Source of the DNA: Lama glama
Lineage: Eukaryota
Direction: 5' to 3'
DNA: 60,000 nt
Assembly (NCBI GenBank): GCA_028534125.1
Contig: CM052816.1
Location: forward strand, 101,620,001 to 101,680,000
A program made the position numbers and the translations under genes. This document shows, in pieces, positions 11,691 through 24,635 of this stretch. The notes below the pieces were generated by a model. The model did not search any database. It had not been told where the DNA came from and saw nothing but the letters and a program-made list of their open reading frames with translations. How positions within the stretch are numbered: position 1 is the stretch's first letter; each line of letters starts with the position of its first letter.

Positions 11691-11696
11691 TTTATT
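11691..11696 (-). terminator. CEP72: CEP72 poly(A) signal (AATAAA on - strand)
   Basis: tttatt on +, about 245 nt past the CEP72 stop codon. Confidence 0.8.
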
Positions 11697-11940
11697 AAAC
11701 AAAACTGCTTGTCCCACATGAGCTCTTTTGTTCTCATCCACATGGCTCTCTTGCACATCAGGCAGAAAAATACAGCATTTTTTATCTCAAGCTGCATGAT
11801 GAAAAACGACTGATCTGTCTGTCTCAACGTGAAGGGCCTGGATTAAGCCTGTCTTCTTAGGATGCTTCAGAGCACCGAGCCACAGGCCCCAAACACACCC
11901 CAAGCGCTCAGGCACTGCGGGCACAGCACGGAGCGCAGGG

Positions 11941-12097
11941 CTAGCGTCGGCCTGGGCTGGCGACCCCGGCGGGGAACAGGGCCAGGGTCTTCTTGAGCTC
12001 CTTGTAGCTCCAGTGCAGCTGCTCCACCTCCACCTGGTGCTGCGCCCGCACCTGGCCCAGCTCCTGCAGGAGGCGCTCGTTGGTGCTGACCAGGGAC
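11941..12097 (-). CDS. CEP72: CEP72 exon 12 (last coding)
   Basis: Acceptor cccccag|G; SLVSTNERLLQELGQVRAQHQVEVEQLHWSYKELKKTLALFPAGVASPGRR*. Confidence 0.93.
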
Positions 12098-13172
12098 CTG
12101 GGGGAGGCAGGGGGCAGCGCTTCAGTCCCCGGGGACCCCGCCCGCTCATCACACACCCACAGGCGCGGCTCAGCACCGTGGAATCACGAGGCCCCTGACA
12201 GCCCAGCATGGGCTTCCTGAGAAGGACACCACTGCCTTCTTGCCTTTATGGCAAGAAAACAATGTTCCAATTCTAGAAAAGGTCTGGAGACTGAACTGTT
12301 TCTACTTCCTGCTCAAACATAAAGGAGCCTCTTGGTAATTCTGACACGGGAACAGCATAACTGGAAGTTCTGACTTCCCGGCCCGTGAACCGTGTTTCCC
12401 TGCAGGGGGGTTAGGAGTGGGGTGGTGCTGCCCTCTGCCAGCCTGTCCTCGCCAGGCTGCCCCACTGGCCCAGCCAGCACGAGCTGAGGGACACGCATGG
12501 CATCACCAGCGACAGACAAAGCAGGGCCACTGTGTCCACAGAGCGGGTCTCCCCAGCGACAAACCCTGTTTGCTGGGACCACCGGGATAGCCCGGGCCAG
12601 GCAGAGCCCCCAGGGGGACCCACCCGCTGCCCTCAGAGTCTCTGAGCCCTGCCCTGTCCACATCAAACCCACGGGGCCCCCCCATCCCTGCCTGTGTCCC
12701 ATCTCCCTCCCCTCCCCTGACTGGCTCTTGGCTGTCATCTCCCAGGAGCCCCTCCCTCTGTCACTTGTGCTGTGAGGGGCCCAAGGGGCGGTGACTTTCA
12801 ACCCCTGTAAGGTCATGGCCTGGCTTCGCCTGTGCCCAGACTGCACCCACCCCCCCAGGGCGGGTGTGGTGGCCTCAGCTCCAAGAGTGAGAGGGTGTGG
12901 GGGGAGAAAAGAGAGAAAGGGAGGTGGGGGGCAGAGCGCTGCCCACAGGCCCACCTCCCGCTGAGGCCACAGAACCAGGGCTCCCAAGCCTGCACCCCAT
13001 CCCCAGCCAGACAGCCCGTCTCGAGGCCGGCTTAACCTCTGCAGCCTCCACCCACTTCCCAGCACACAGGCCTCTGAATAAACGGGGGCTCTGCCCTGTG
13101 GTGGCCCGCAAACATGGCTGGGGCACAGGCAAGCGGATGGCACCTCGCTGGGGGCAGCGGGCCCGGGAGCAC

Positions 13173-13284
13173 CTGTGGCTCTCCTGGAGCAGCTGCGTGA
13201 GCTCCTGCACCCTGTCGTCATGCTCCAGGTGCTGCCTCAGCTCCACCACCTCCCCTGACAGGCTCTTCACACCCGCCTGCAGTC
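13173..13284 (-). CDS. CEP72: CEP72 exon 11
   Basis: Acceptor ccctgcag|GA, donor AG|gtgctc; 112 nt; GLQAGVKSLSGEVVELRQHLEHDDRVQELTQLLQESH. Confidence 0.92.
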
Positions 13285-14946
13285 CTGCAGGGAGACAACA
13301 GTGATGTCCAGTGACATTCACTCACATCTTGAAAGCTGAAACCATTCCAGAGTCTAAAGGGCGCCTGGGGCGCAGGGAAGGACACTGGCAAGGGCACCAG
13401 GCACGAACAGGAAGCCCCCATCCCCCCCTTTCCACAGCCAGCCGCTCCGCCAGCAGCCCCCGCCAGCCCTCCCGGGGCAAAGCCACGGGACTCTGCCTCC
13501 GGACACCCTGAGGGGCGCGGGGAGGGCACGCGGGTGGAGGTGGGCCTGGCACCCGCCGGAGGTCCCTGAGCCGGATCTGCCTGCTGGTGGAGCCAGGCCT
13601 CCAGGAAGAGCCTGACAGGGCCCACGGCTCTGGGGAGGGGCGGTAAGAAGACCCCGGGGCCCCTGGGCCCATCCACATGTCTCCTGTCTCTCTCTGGGTT
13701 TCCAACTGAGAGGGGAAGAAACACTTGTTGGCTGCTGGGCACGTAAAACTCTGAAGGAAGACAGGCCACCGCACAACTCCACACCAGAAACAACACAAGC
13801 CGGGGAGAGGTCACAGGTGGAGGGGACCTGACACCAACAGCAGGTCCTCAGCAGCCACGGGGCACGTCCTCCAAGCGCTAAGCGGGGAAAACACTGCTGA
13901 GAGTCTGCACCCACCCCAACCCGCACCTGAGGGCTGATGACAGGCATCCCACGGGGGGAGGCGCCCAGAGCCCCCACGTCAGTCAGGCACCAGGAGCAGA
14001 ACCCTGCTGACGACAGGCCAGCACCTGGTGACAAGGTGGCCTCAAGACCCCAAACACGAGGCAGGCACGAGTCCTGCGTGGTGTCCACATCTGTGGGGGA
14101 GCAGGGGCCGGCAGACCTGAGGACGGAGAGCCCAGTGTCCCCACTGTCACAGGAAACCCCTCAGGCCAAGTGGGCAGCCGTGCTGTCACGGGGCATGCTT
14201 GGTCCCTCTCATGAGGGGAGAGCAGGGTGACCCCTTGAGGCCCACCCGCCAGGGCTGCTGGATCAGGGCCGCACTGCAGACAGGCTGGTGAGGGGCTGGG
14301 TCCAGCAGGACAGGACAGCAGGGAGGAGGGGGACAGGGCCTGGATGACCCCAGGGGGCGCTGCATTTATCTGGGGCTCCTGGAGGCCGAGGGCGAGGGCA
14401 GCCCCACACGGTGTGGACCAAGCACGGGGCGCCCTTCAGACGATGGAAGCCAGTCCCAGGACACACCAGGCCCCACCGACCGCTTCAACGAGACCAGGAA
14501 CAAGAGAAGCCCAGAGCCGGATCAGAGAACCAGAGGCAGCCGCAGGGCTCGAGCAACAAAGAGCGACTTCGCGAGAGACAATGTCGTGAAGAAACGGGGA
14601 AAGAAAGCCAGAAAGAACTCTCGCACTCAGTGAAACAGCCAACGGGGCAGCGAGGGGCTGAGGGGACCCGACAGGCAGGTGGCCGCACAGGGGCTGGCGG
14701 GGCTGTGCTCCTGCCCCAGACACTCACCATCTGTCTTTCAGGTCCCCAAGAGGCAAGAACGCAGGAAGCACTGGGGCCACGTGTCCCCACGTCACCCCAG
14801 ACAGTGAAGACAGGGTCCGGGAGGAGCAGGAGCAGAAGGGCCTCTCGGGGGTCAGAGAAGCATGCAGCCCAGCCACCACCGCCTCCCCGCGCTGCCCCAG
14901 AGCGGTTCTGGCACCCGAGAAGCACGCACAGGCGCCCCCGACTCAC

Positions 14947-15073
14947 CCGCGATCTGCACGCTCAGCGCGGCAGGTGGGTCGGCGCTTCTCGCCACCTCCT
15001 TCACGCTGAGCAAGAGCGACTTCAGGCTGCTGCTCTCCTCCAGCGCGCGGTCCAGGTGCTGCCTCAGCTGGTC
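14947..15073 (-). CDS. CEP72: CEP72 exon 10
   Basis: Acceptor ccgcag|GAC, donor G|gtgagt; 127 nt; DQLRQHLDRALEESSSLKSLLLSVKEVARSADPPAALSVQIA. Confidence 0.92.
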
Positions 15074-16329
15074 CTGCGGACCCGGCACAGAACAGACAGG
15101 GCAGCTCAGTCCACCTCACAGAAGCACAACGAACCCACCAAAAGCACTGGGGGGGGGGGGGGCTCACGGACTCACACACCACGACGGCCAAACTGGAGGG
15201 AAGGGCAGCCAGCCCGCCTCACGGCACCGCTCCCCGCCAACATGCTGCCCCAGGCCGGGCTCGGGGACCCTCAGAGGGGTGGCTGCCTCAGCTCCACCTC
15301 CTCTAGGAAGGCCCTGGCTGCCACAGCCAGGCCTGGCACCTCCTCCCCACCCAGGAGCAGGTCAAGGGTGGGCCCTCCACACCCGTGCTGCACACACAGG
15401 GCTCACACCAGCCACTGCCGTCACGGGGAGCTGCGGCCCAAGCTCCTCCCCTGTCCTGGGTGAATGAAGGGACGCCCAGATGCTCACCGACCCTTGTCTG
15501 CCTGGCCAGTGCCACCTGACGGCCTGTCTCCCAGGGACGTGCTGAGTTCCAAGGGACAGGGGCTGGGCCCGAGGTCCTGACGAAGATCTCAGCCAAGCAG
15601 GGTGGTGAGCAGCAGACAGGCCACTCCTGCTCAGAGCCACACTGGGACGGCTCCAGAGCGCCCTGGGCACCGGGGCCTCGCGAACGTGACACAGCACACA
15701 CGCACAACCACGGAATCCCATCTTCACAGGCCGGGCCCTCAGAACTAAGGGGCGTCCCCGCAAAGGGCAGACCGAGGAGGCGCCGAGCAGGGCTCTGGGG
15801 CTGGGATGGTTCTGTACTGCATCCAGGCAGGGCCTCTCGGCTGGCCAGTCCCGTGGCCCCCAGCCACCCTGTGGGACAGAGCCACTCACGCTGCCCACCA
15901 CGGCCACACTTCTGTGCAGACGGCATCAGGGACCCATCTGTCTGGACCTGCGGTCCTGGACCTCCCAGGGGACGATGCGTTGCATGCAGCCATGCCCAGG
16001 CCGGGGGCTGCAGTCCTCGTGTGCACTGGCACCCCCGCTGCACAGACCGCTCATTCACTGTCATTCTTCTCTCTGAAAGGAAGCCTGCGTGGGACCTCTT
16101 TCCTGACAAAACCACAAGCACCAACATTCAGCCTCGTCCCCCTTTCACTCCCACTTTACAGACGACAGCCTGTGGGGGCCTCTCCTCACCAGCTGCCAGG
16201 TCGCGAGGCCTCCCACGTGGCATGCGGCCGAGGACAACGAGGTGAGCGTGCACAGCTGCCCAAGCGACAGCCTGGGCAGCCCCAGAGCCCCGAGTCAGAT
16301 GTGGCAGCCCCGCTGCGCCGGGCCTGACC

Positions 16330-17240
16330 CGGAAAGACCACTCGGTGCAAACACGTATCGCTCCACGTGCGCCTCGTTCCGCACAACACACAGCCCGACC
16401 CAGGGGCAAGAACCCGCGCAGCTCACGGCGCATCCTCTCAGGAGCCCAACAGAAACCAGAAAGTGTCTGCACCACAAACCAAACTGTCAACACAACGAAA
16501 GGCAGCCTGCAGACGGGGAGGGCTGTCTGCAAACTGCCTGTCTGGTGCGGAGCCACTGTCCAGGATACGCAAGAAACTCACAACTCCACAGCCAAAGCCA
16601 AACAATCTGATTTAAAAACGGACAGAGAATGTGAACAGACACTTTTCCAAAGAAAATATACAGGCGGGCAACGGGGACACGAAAGACGCCCGACGTCGCT
16701 ACTAGACAGCAAGTAAAGCCAGGACGCGACGACTCCTCACGCCCGGCAGAGCGGCCGTGCTCACGGAGGCCTGTGTGACGGACGCTGGCGCGGGCGCAGA
16801 GAAGAGGGGCCCCATGCCCTGCAGCCACCGGGGAGAGCGGTCTGGCGGTTCCTCAGAAGCCCGACGACAGCACTGCGACACGACCCAGCAGCCCCACTCC
16901 CGGGTACTTGTCTGAGGAACCCAAAACCCTAACTCAAAGAGACACGTGCACCCCAGTGCTCACAGCAGCACTATTTGCAAGAGCCAAGACACGGAAGCAA
17001 CCCGAGTGTCCATCGACAGAGGACGGGATAAAGAGGCTGCTGTGTGTTTATACGATGGAATACCCGTCAGCCATTAAAGAGTGAAATAATGCCATTTGCA
17101 GCAACGTGGTTCGACCTGGAGTATTAAGCCAAGTGAAGTAAGTCAGAGAAAGACAAATACCATAGGATCAGATTCACATGTGGAATCGAAAACAAAACAA
17201 AACCAAGCTCATGGATACAAAGGAGAGACAGGTGGTTGGC
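16330..17240 (+). mobile_element. LINE-1 3' end (ORF2 tail plus 3'UTR), GC-shifted
   Basis: ctcaaagagacacgtgcaccccagtgctcacagcagcactatttgcaagagccaagacacggaagcaacc; gccatttgcagcaacgtgg; aagtcagagaaagacaaatac. Confidence 0.85.
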
Positions 17241-17859
17241 AGAGGTTAAGGAAGAAAGAAATGGGTGAACCTTTTTTTTTAGTTTAATTAATTTTCTTAA
17301 AAGGCTACTGAAAATAAAAGGCAGAGATTGTTAATTACAGAAAGGACACATCCAGCTATATGCTGCCTAAAAGGAACCCACTTTAAATGTAACTGCACCA
17401 GTAAATTAGAAGGACAGAAAAAGGTCTAAAAATACTAGTGGAAGAAAGTGGGGTGGCTGCGCCGAGTCTCATGGGGCAGGAGAGCGCACAAGGTCAAAGG
17501 GGGCAGCGCAGGCAGGTGCCAGGTGGCAGCAGCGTGCGGAAGGCGGGGTGGAGAGGCGCTGAGGTTCGAGGGCCACAAGAGACCAGGACGCCTGCTCAGC
17601 AGGGTGGTGCTGGCCTCGGGCCCAGAGCCACACCCAGGCAGCCGAAGTCCGCAGCCCATGCGCCCAACCCCGATGCCGTGCGCGTTCTCACCACGAAACA
17701 ACACTTCTGTGAATCAGATTTACTTTCGCTGTGAAGTAAAAATAAAAGTAAAATAATAGAACACCCTAAATAGTTTCCATACAATAAAACCCAACCACGG
17801 TGATCAGGGAGTAAAAATGTCAAGCCACCACACGCATAGGTATTCACGCCGCAGGCTGC

Positions 17860-19370
17860 GCGCATTCAAGGTGCGCGCTGACGCGACACGCAGCACACAC
17901 CCGAGGGACCGGCGCTCGGTCAAGCTCAGGCGCACCTTGTCGTCTGCACGTCTGGCCCTCCCGCAGGTTCCTGGACTCGGGGCCTCTCCCTAAGTGTGGT
18001 CCATGCTCGAGGCCTGCAGAACCACCTCCCGCTGCTGGGGACCCCGCCCTGCTCTGTGCCTGTGAGTCTGCTCCTTGCCACGCCTGAGTCACTGCACTTG
18101 GCATCAGGCCTTCCAGGTCCGTCCGGGCTGCTCAGAGGCAGGATGTCCTCCCCGTGAAGCGGAGAACATCCGTCCCGCCGGCACACGCCACACGCTCTTT
18201 ATCCGTTCACGCTTGTTTTTTTCTTTCGAGTTGCCCGAGTTCTTTGCACATTCTGGACACTCTTTATCAGACACGTGCTTTGCAAATATCTTCTCCCCAT
18301 CTGCAGGCTGCCTTCTCGTTTTGTTCACGGCTCCCTTGGCTCTGCAGGAGCGTCCTACTTCGATGCAGTCCTACTAGTCTATTTCTGCTTCCGTCGCCTG
18401 CGTTTCTGGTGTCACCCACATCACTAACGAGGCCGCGCCAGGGAGCCTCCTCCCTGCTGGCTGAGGGCTCTTCACAAACGGCCTTTATCGTGTTGAGGAC
18501 ATTTTCTTTTACACCTGCTTTGTTGTTTTCTGGCTTAATCACGCATGGCTGTGCTGCACCTGTTGAGATGCCTGTGTGGTTTCCATCCTTCCACAGGTCC
18601 ACGTGCTGGATGCGCCTGCACGTGTTCACCCAGCCAGCGCTCCAGGGAAGCCCCACCTGGTGGCGGTGCGCAGCCTTTCTGCCGTGCTGTTGAACTTGGT
18701 CCACGAGCACTCTGCGGAGCATCTTGACGTCTCTGCTCACCGGAGGCAGTGGCCTGTAGGTTTCTTTTCTTGTGGTAACTCTGGCTTTGGTGACAGGATA
18801 ACGCTGACTTTATAAAATGAGTTTGCAAGTGCCCCCTCTACTGCTGCTTTCTGGGAAACTTTGAGGAGAGTGAGTGCTAGTCCTCCGGATGTCTGGGAGA
18901 AGGAGGCCAGCAGCCACCTGGCCCCGGGCCTCTCTGCGGGAGGCTGACTGCTGCCCAGTCTCCCAGCGTGCTCTGTCCGTTCAGGCTTCGTTCTTCTCCG
19001 CGCAGCCTCAGTGGGCTGCGTGTTTCCAGGAATCTACCCGTGTCTTTCTAGGTTCTCCATGTGCCTACAGGTGACCATCCTCTGGCCCTCCTCACTTCGG
19101 AGGCGTCCTCCACCGCAGCGTCTCCTGTGCTGTTTCTGGTCTTGAGTCTGTCCTCTGGGCCTCGGAAGGGTTTGCTGACTTTGTATCTTTTCAAAACCCA
19201 ACTCGGTCTAGCTGCTTTTCTTCCTGTTGTTTCCCTGCTCCATTGACTTCTGCTCTGATCTTTGTTACTTCCTTCCTTCCGTTTGTGACGGTTCTGGTTT
19301 GTTCTTTTCTCTACTTCCTCAAGGCGTAACACTAGGTTGCTTACTTGGGATCTCCTCTTTGTACGGCAGG
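17860..19370 (-). mobile_element. LINE-1 fragments (3' end and ORF2 pieces), GC-shifted
   Basis: tttgcaaatatcttctccccatctgcaggctgcctt; ctggctttggtgacaggataacgctgactttataaaatgagtttg; ctgctctgatctttgttacttccttcctt. Confidence 0.8.
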
Positions 19371-19981
19371 CACTTACGAGTGTCGGCCCTGGAGAGGCGC
19401 CTGCCTGGCCAGGATGTGGCTCCACCACCAAGTCCAGGGTGCTGGCTCCGGCTGCCCTTGGGCACCACCTGGTGGCGAGGTTCCCACAGGGCCAAGAGGA
19501 CACCAAGGGTCCCCCGCTGGCTGGTGCAGGCAGGACGGCAGCAGGGACCCAGGGCCACGCAGCTAAGTGGACCTCCTCATCAGTGGTCTGGGGAGCCTGG
19601 GCCGAGGAACACTGGCCACAGAAGCTCCGCCTTAAGCTCAACTCCACCCTTTGTCCTCTCCCCTTGGCCTCTCTCAGAACAGATGGCCGCTGCCCAGGAG
19701 GGGCCGCGCAGAGACAAGCAGGAAGCAGCTATCTGCGGTCACTGTCACGTGCAGTCTTGGGGGACACAGTCAGGCAACACCCTAGGGGCAGCTGGAGTCC
19801 CTGGGGTGGGGACAGCCTGGGGTGAGGGGGTTTGTGTCCTGGAAGGGCAGGAAGGACCTGTGCTGCAGCAGCCAGCTGGAAGGGGACGTGCAGAGTCAAG
19901 CGGCTACCCTCGCCTGTACCGTCAAAGCGGCGTTTCCACCCCATCTGTGAGTTCATGGGATGCACACCGGGGGCGGCTCAC

Positions 19982-20178
19982 CATCTCCCTCCGAGTGTCG
20001 CCGAGCTCCGACACCACCTCGCGCATCCTCACGCTGTGCTGTTGCTGCAGCTCGGCCAGGTGGCCATAGAGGGACTTATTTTCCAGAGTCAGGTAGCTGA
20101 TCTCTTCACTCACAGTTGTGGAACTGTCCTGAGTGGCTGTGAATTCTTGAACAGATGACAAAATGTGTCTTGCCTGAG
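19982..20178 (-). CDS. CEP72: CEP72 exon 9
   Basis: Acceptor ctcctag|CT, donor ATG|gtgagc; 197 nt; AQARHILSSVQEFTATQDSS...ELGDTRREM. Confidence 0.93.
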
Positions 20179-21143
20179 CTAGGAGTAAGAATAAAATATT
20201 ATGAATATTATGAGATGAAAGGATGAGTATACACATATCATTCAATGCATTTTCAACACACAGGCCCCACGCCTCGAAGCACTGACAGACATGGGGCCAG
20301 GTGGAAGGGTCCAGACGGTGCAGGCCTCTTCGCGAGGCCTCTTCACACCCAGCCCACGCGGGGACACCCAGGAGCAGAGCAACAGCGCTGTTGACAGCAA
20401 GGGGCCCTCAGGACAGGCCAGGATGAGGTGGCTTGTTGGACGTTCTCTTCGACAGCACCTTCTGTCCCACGACTGCAATGCAGACCAGTGCTGAGATGGG
20501 GGGACTGATGGGCTTGATGCCCTGATTCCAGGAGAAGCTGAGGGGCCACAACTCTGAGTGGAGGCTCAGGAGCCCCTGGTGTGGCTAAGCTGGCAGGTAC
20601 CTGCTCCCCCGGGACATGCAAGGTTGCATTCAGGCTGCAGAGAAACAGGTGGCCCCAGGGATGCAGCACCTCCCGACTCTGGAGGCGGGTACCCAGCGTG
20701 CCTGCACCCAGGCACTGGGCGGAAGCAACCCCGAGTCCTTGCTGGGGAGGGACCACCCTCCTGGGCCTCAGCTCATTCCCACCAAAAGCTCAGCACATCG
20801 GGGCCCTGCCCTCAGTCCGCCAAGTGCTCAGAGGATCCGAGAGCACAGCCGCCGCTGTCTAACCTCTCCAAGTCCCCGGGTAAACACGGAGCAAGGGGAG
20901 GCAGACACCCGTGAAGAGCTGCGCCAACACCCCCGTCGACAAGGCGCCTCTGGGAAGGCCGGTGGCCAGCAGGTGGGAAGCAGCCACAGGTCCCGTAGAG
21001 GCCCCGTGTCTGTCCGTCCCCACCCCAAGAGCCCCACCACTGCGAGGACCATCAGGATGCTCCCTGCAGCACAGAGAGGCAGTGACACCAGTGAGCGTCC
21101 AGCACCTGCCCGCAGAGCACTGGGCCGAAGGCCCCCCACTCAC

Positions 21144-21282
21144 CAAGGAACACCTCGTTGCTGTGCAGGGACCTGCAGCCACTCCAGTATCGGTCCACCA
21201 GGTCGAGGAGGGCTTCCAGGGCCAGTACCTCCAGGGTGGGCTTCATCCCGGGCGGTGCGGCCAAGTGCCGCCTAGGACACAC
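21144..21282 (-). CDS. CEP72: CEP72 exon 8
   Basis: Acceptor catgcag|GTG, donor G|gtgagt; 139 nt; VCPRRHLAAPPGMKPTLEVLALEALLDLVDRYWSGCRSLHSNEVFL. Confidence 0.88.
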
Positions 21283-23285
21283 CTGCATGGGACAAACCAC
21301 AGCCTGGCTTTATGCTCCCACCACCGGACCTTGACGTACACAAGACTTGACGCCGCCCGCATGTGCATCCTGCTGATGCTCCGTCCACCACCCACACGTG
21401 ACAGGCTGTCCACACGCCTCAACCTGCAGACGATGTCCTACCCAGGAGGTACGGCTGACCCGTCACCTGAGTCCAACAGCCACGAAACCAGTGGTTCCAG
21501 CGCAGCTTTCCCAGGCCTTCCAGAACCAGCCAACACAATTCCAGGAGGACAGAGGCCTCGTGGAGCTAGTCCTCGTCTGAAAGGCCACTCACGCCCAGAA
21601 GGCCCCGAATGTGACAGATCCTCACACAGGGCCAGAGGGAGGGTGGCCAGGGTGGTAGGGCTCAGGGACGCGGGCAGGACCGTCATGGCTCCACGCCGGG
21701 GCCCAGAGCTGCCAGCGCTCAGGTCAATGCTCACTTTTCCTCCCTTTAGAAATTATTTACCATGTTTAAGGAATTACCTCAGAAGGGCAACAGTTCCCGC
21801 TCTCCCGCCCACTTCCCAGTGTCCTGGGAACACTTCCTAGAAGCTGCGGTTTGGGAAGGGAGTGAGGGATGGAGGAAACGCCAGTGATGCCAGTGCTGGG
21901 GACGAAGCCCCCTGCACAGCCTGGTGTCCCTCACCACCATTGGACAGATAAAGGGCTCTTCTCCCAGATAGCGTGTGCAACAGCAGTGACACCCTGCAGG
22001 GAGTGTGGGAGCCACCTGCGCCCGAGCTGGGATGGCCCCTACCCCCACCATCCCTGCCACCCACGGGAGCACCGTGAGCATGAGGAATACAGGCCCACGA
22101 CGGGGCACTGCTCTGCCCAGGGTCGCCCAGGGAGCAAGTCGGCATGGTAACGCAAAGGCCTGGCTGCTGGCCCTAGAAGACTGAGGCTGAGAGCACCCCA
22201 GCGAGTATCTGTGCGAGCTCCCCCATCAGGAGCTGCACCTGGACGCTTAGTCTTGGGTGCAGCAGGCAGAGCCAAGGCCCCCAGGCTGGACCCCGCTCCC
22301 CAGTACAGCCACAGCCTCTGCCCTCCACCTGAGCAATGCGACCTGCCCTCTCCAAGGGGACGATCACCACCAGCTCACAGCACACGGAGTGGGTGCCCCA
22401 GGCAACACCCCCACCTGCAAAATCCCAACCCCACAGCAGGACCAGTCCACCAGGCAAAGCCCCGCATGGGGCAGCATCCATCCAGGGACAGGGTGATGGG
22501 ACAGGAAAGGCCCGAGCACCTGCCCGACTCAGGCAATCCGTTTCCCTCCTCCCCTCAATTATGAGACCGAAGATGCCAATGGACGACTGCCGGCCAGACT
22601 AGTCATTAAATTAAAGTGGAACCTGCCCCACGGCCCACAGCGGCCGGCCCAGCAGCCACACACCGCCTACAACTAGCAGCCAGGGCTGGACCCGTGCCTG
22701 CCACGGCCCGGGTTCTTCTCCAACTCCAGCTCCGGCCCAACTTCAGAGCCACCCTCACCAACCTCACTGTACCCCCGTCCTCCCCAGGCCACAGCCCTGT
22801 CAGGGTACTTCGCCCCTCTCGGCGGGGTCCCGCTCCCGCTCCTCTGCCCGCTGGTGTCTCTGCCAAACGGGTGACCTGGCAGGACGCCCCCCTCCCCACA
22901 AGCTCGGGGTCTGGCAGGGGCGCCTGGCCGCTGCCAGTCCACCAGGTGGTCTTCACTCACGCCCACAGCCGTGACAGGCTCTCAGTCTCCCACTCTGCCA
23001 GCAACAGGGCCACGGAGCCACTGGCCACAACCCCTGTGGGTGGCTCACAACAGGGCCACGGGTGACTGGCTGAGGACGCTGTGCAAGCAAGCACCCCTCT
23101 GTGACGACACCTCCCCCTCAAGGCACTTGGTGGCACTGGAGCACACTTGCAACGAGACAGGGAGGCACAAACTAGCGAGCGCTGTCTAAAGGCTGCACGC
23201 ATCTCGGGGCCACGGTGGACACCGTGGACAGACGCCGTGGCGTTACCAAGGACAGCGGCCCCTCCACCTTCACACCTCGGCTCAC

Positions 23286-23584
23286 CTCTCCAGAGCCACT
23301 TGCGCTGGGGGGCCCCTGCTGCCCGGGCTCCAACGCCACTGGGTGAGAGAAGGTCCCCTTGCTCCACGCCTCGGAACCATTCCTCCTGCTCAGACTCTCA
23401 AGGCTCGAGGGCCCGTCGGGTGCCTCCAGGCAGCTCAGACACTCCTGGTCCGCAGGTGCCTGGAACCTCCCACCAGGCATTCTTCGCTTCCTGTGCTTTT
23501 CGGCAGCAGGCAATGGATTTAACACCTTCTGTGTCGACAAACTTGACTTTTGAGAAAGGGCTGGGTCGTCGTCGTCCACGGAGT
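23286..23584 (-). CDS. CEP72: CEP72 exon 7
   Basis: Acceptor gttacag|AC, donor GAG|gtgagc; 299 nt; DSVDDDDPALSQKSS...KHRKRRMPGGRFQ...SGSGE. Confidence 0.9.
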
Positions 23585-24264
23585 CTGTAACAAAGAAGGG
23601 GCGGCGCCCTCACCGCCAGGCTCTCTGGGCTCAGGGACCAGCATTGCAACTTCAGCAACAGCTGCGTGCGTGCGTGCACTGATGTGCGTGACTGTAGACG
23701 TGTGTACGGGTGCCGGCGAGTGTGTGTGTGTGGACACCTATGCACAAATATGGAAAATCCATCAAAAGGTGACAAGACTGAAGCAATAACCAACAAACAA
23801 GTTGACCAATCACTATGTTTTCTGGCCAAAAGTATGTAAAACAAAGATGGGCCAAGTGAACAACTTTAAATTTGCAAACTGCAGTCAACTTAGAAGTTTG
23901 TTTCTACAGGAGACTAAAGACCCTCCCTCCCCCAGGTGCTGAACCGCCTCCCCAGGCACCCCAAGAACCAGGGCCGTCCCCCCCACCCCGGCAGGTCCTG
24001 TTGAAGCCCCTCAGCCGGAGCTCTGGGACCGTCCTACACGCGGACCGTGCAGGCACCAGAGTCTGAGATCCGCCCCACAAGGCTGTCCCCGAGCCGGGCC
24101 TCTCTTCAAGACTCAGCCTGTGTCCCGCCCCAGCCCCTCAGGCTCTCCGTGAGCACGGCCACCTACAGGGCTTCCCAGCAAACCTGGGGCCACGAGGGCT
24201 TGTGATGAACTTCTCATTTAACTTCCCTTGTTTTTTTTTCTTTCTTGTTTTTGTGAGTAGAAGT

Positions 24265-24409
24265 GATGTGTTACATTTCTTGTTTTTGTTTTTTTGGCAG
24301 GGGGAGGTAATTAGGTTTATTAATTAGTTTTTTAACAGAGGTACTGAGGATTGAACCCAGGACCTCATGCATACTAGGCATGTGCTCTACCACTGAGCTA
24401 CACCCTCCC
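24265..24409 (-). mobile_element. vic-1-type camelid SINE (tRNA-derived)
   Basis: Reverse complement gggagggtgtagctcagtggtagagcacatgcctagtatgcatgaggtcctgggttcaatcctcagtacc...taaacctaattacctcccc, with A/B boxes and an A-rich tail. Confidence 0.85.
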
Positions 24410-24635
24410 TCTAATCTCCCTTGTTTTTAATTTCTAAAACGTAGCTGCCATGGTAACCTGGCCCACGTGTGCACTGAAAAGAAAACACGTGTGTGAGTGA
24501 GAGCGTGTCGGGAAAGCACCGAAGCACCTCCAGACCAGGGAGCTGGACATGGAGACGTCTGAGAGTTGCACACCCACCCACCCACGATCAGGAGTGGGGA
24601 GAGCGTCACAGCGTCGGCAGACATGAGGTGCTCAC

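Noticed and set aside
14411..15463. 350-aa + strand ORF
   Set aside because: Low-complexity R/P/A/G/S composition, no recognisable domain, and antisense to CEP72 exon 10; expected by chance at this GC content
20911..21840. 309-aa + strand ORF and similar 200-300 aa ORFs (e.g. 4875-5714, 19227-20069)
   Set aside because: GC-driven stop-poor frames overlapping introns, UTR or antisense exons, with no recognisable homology
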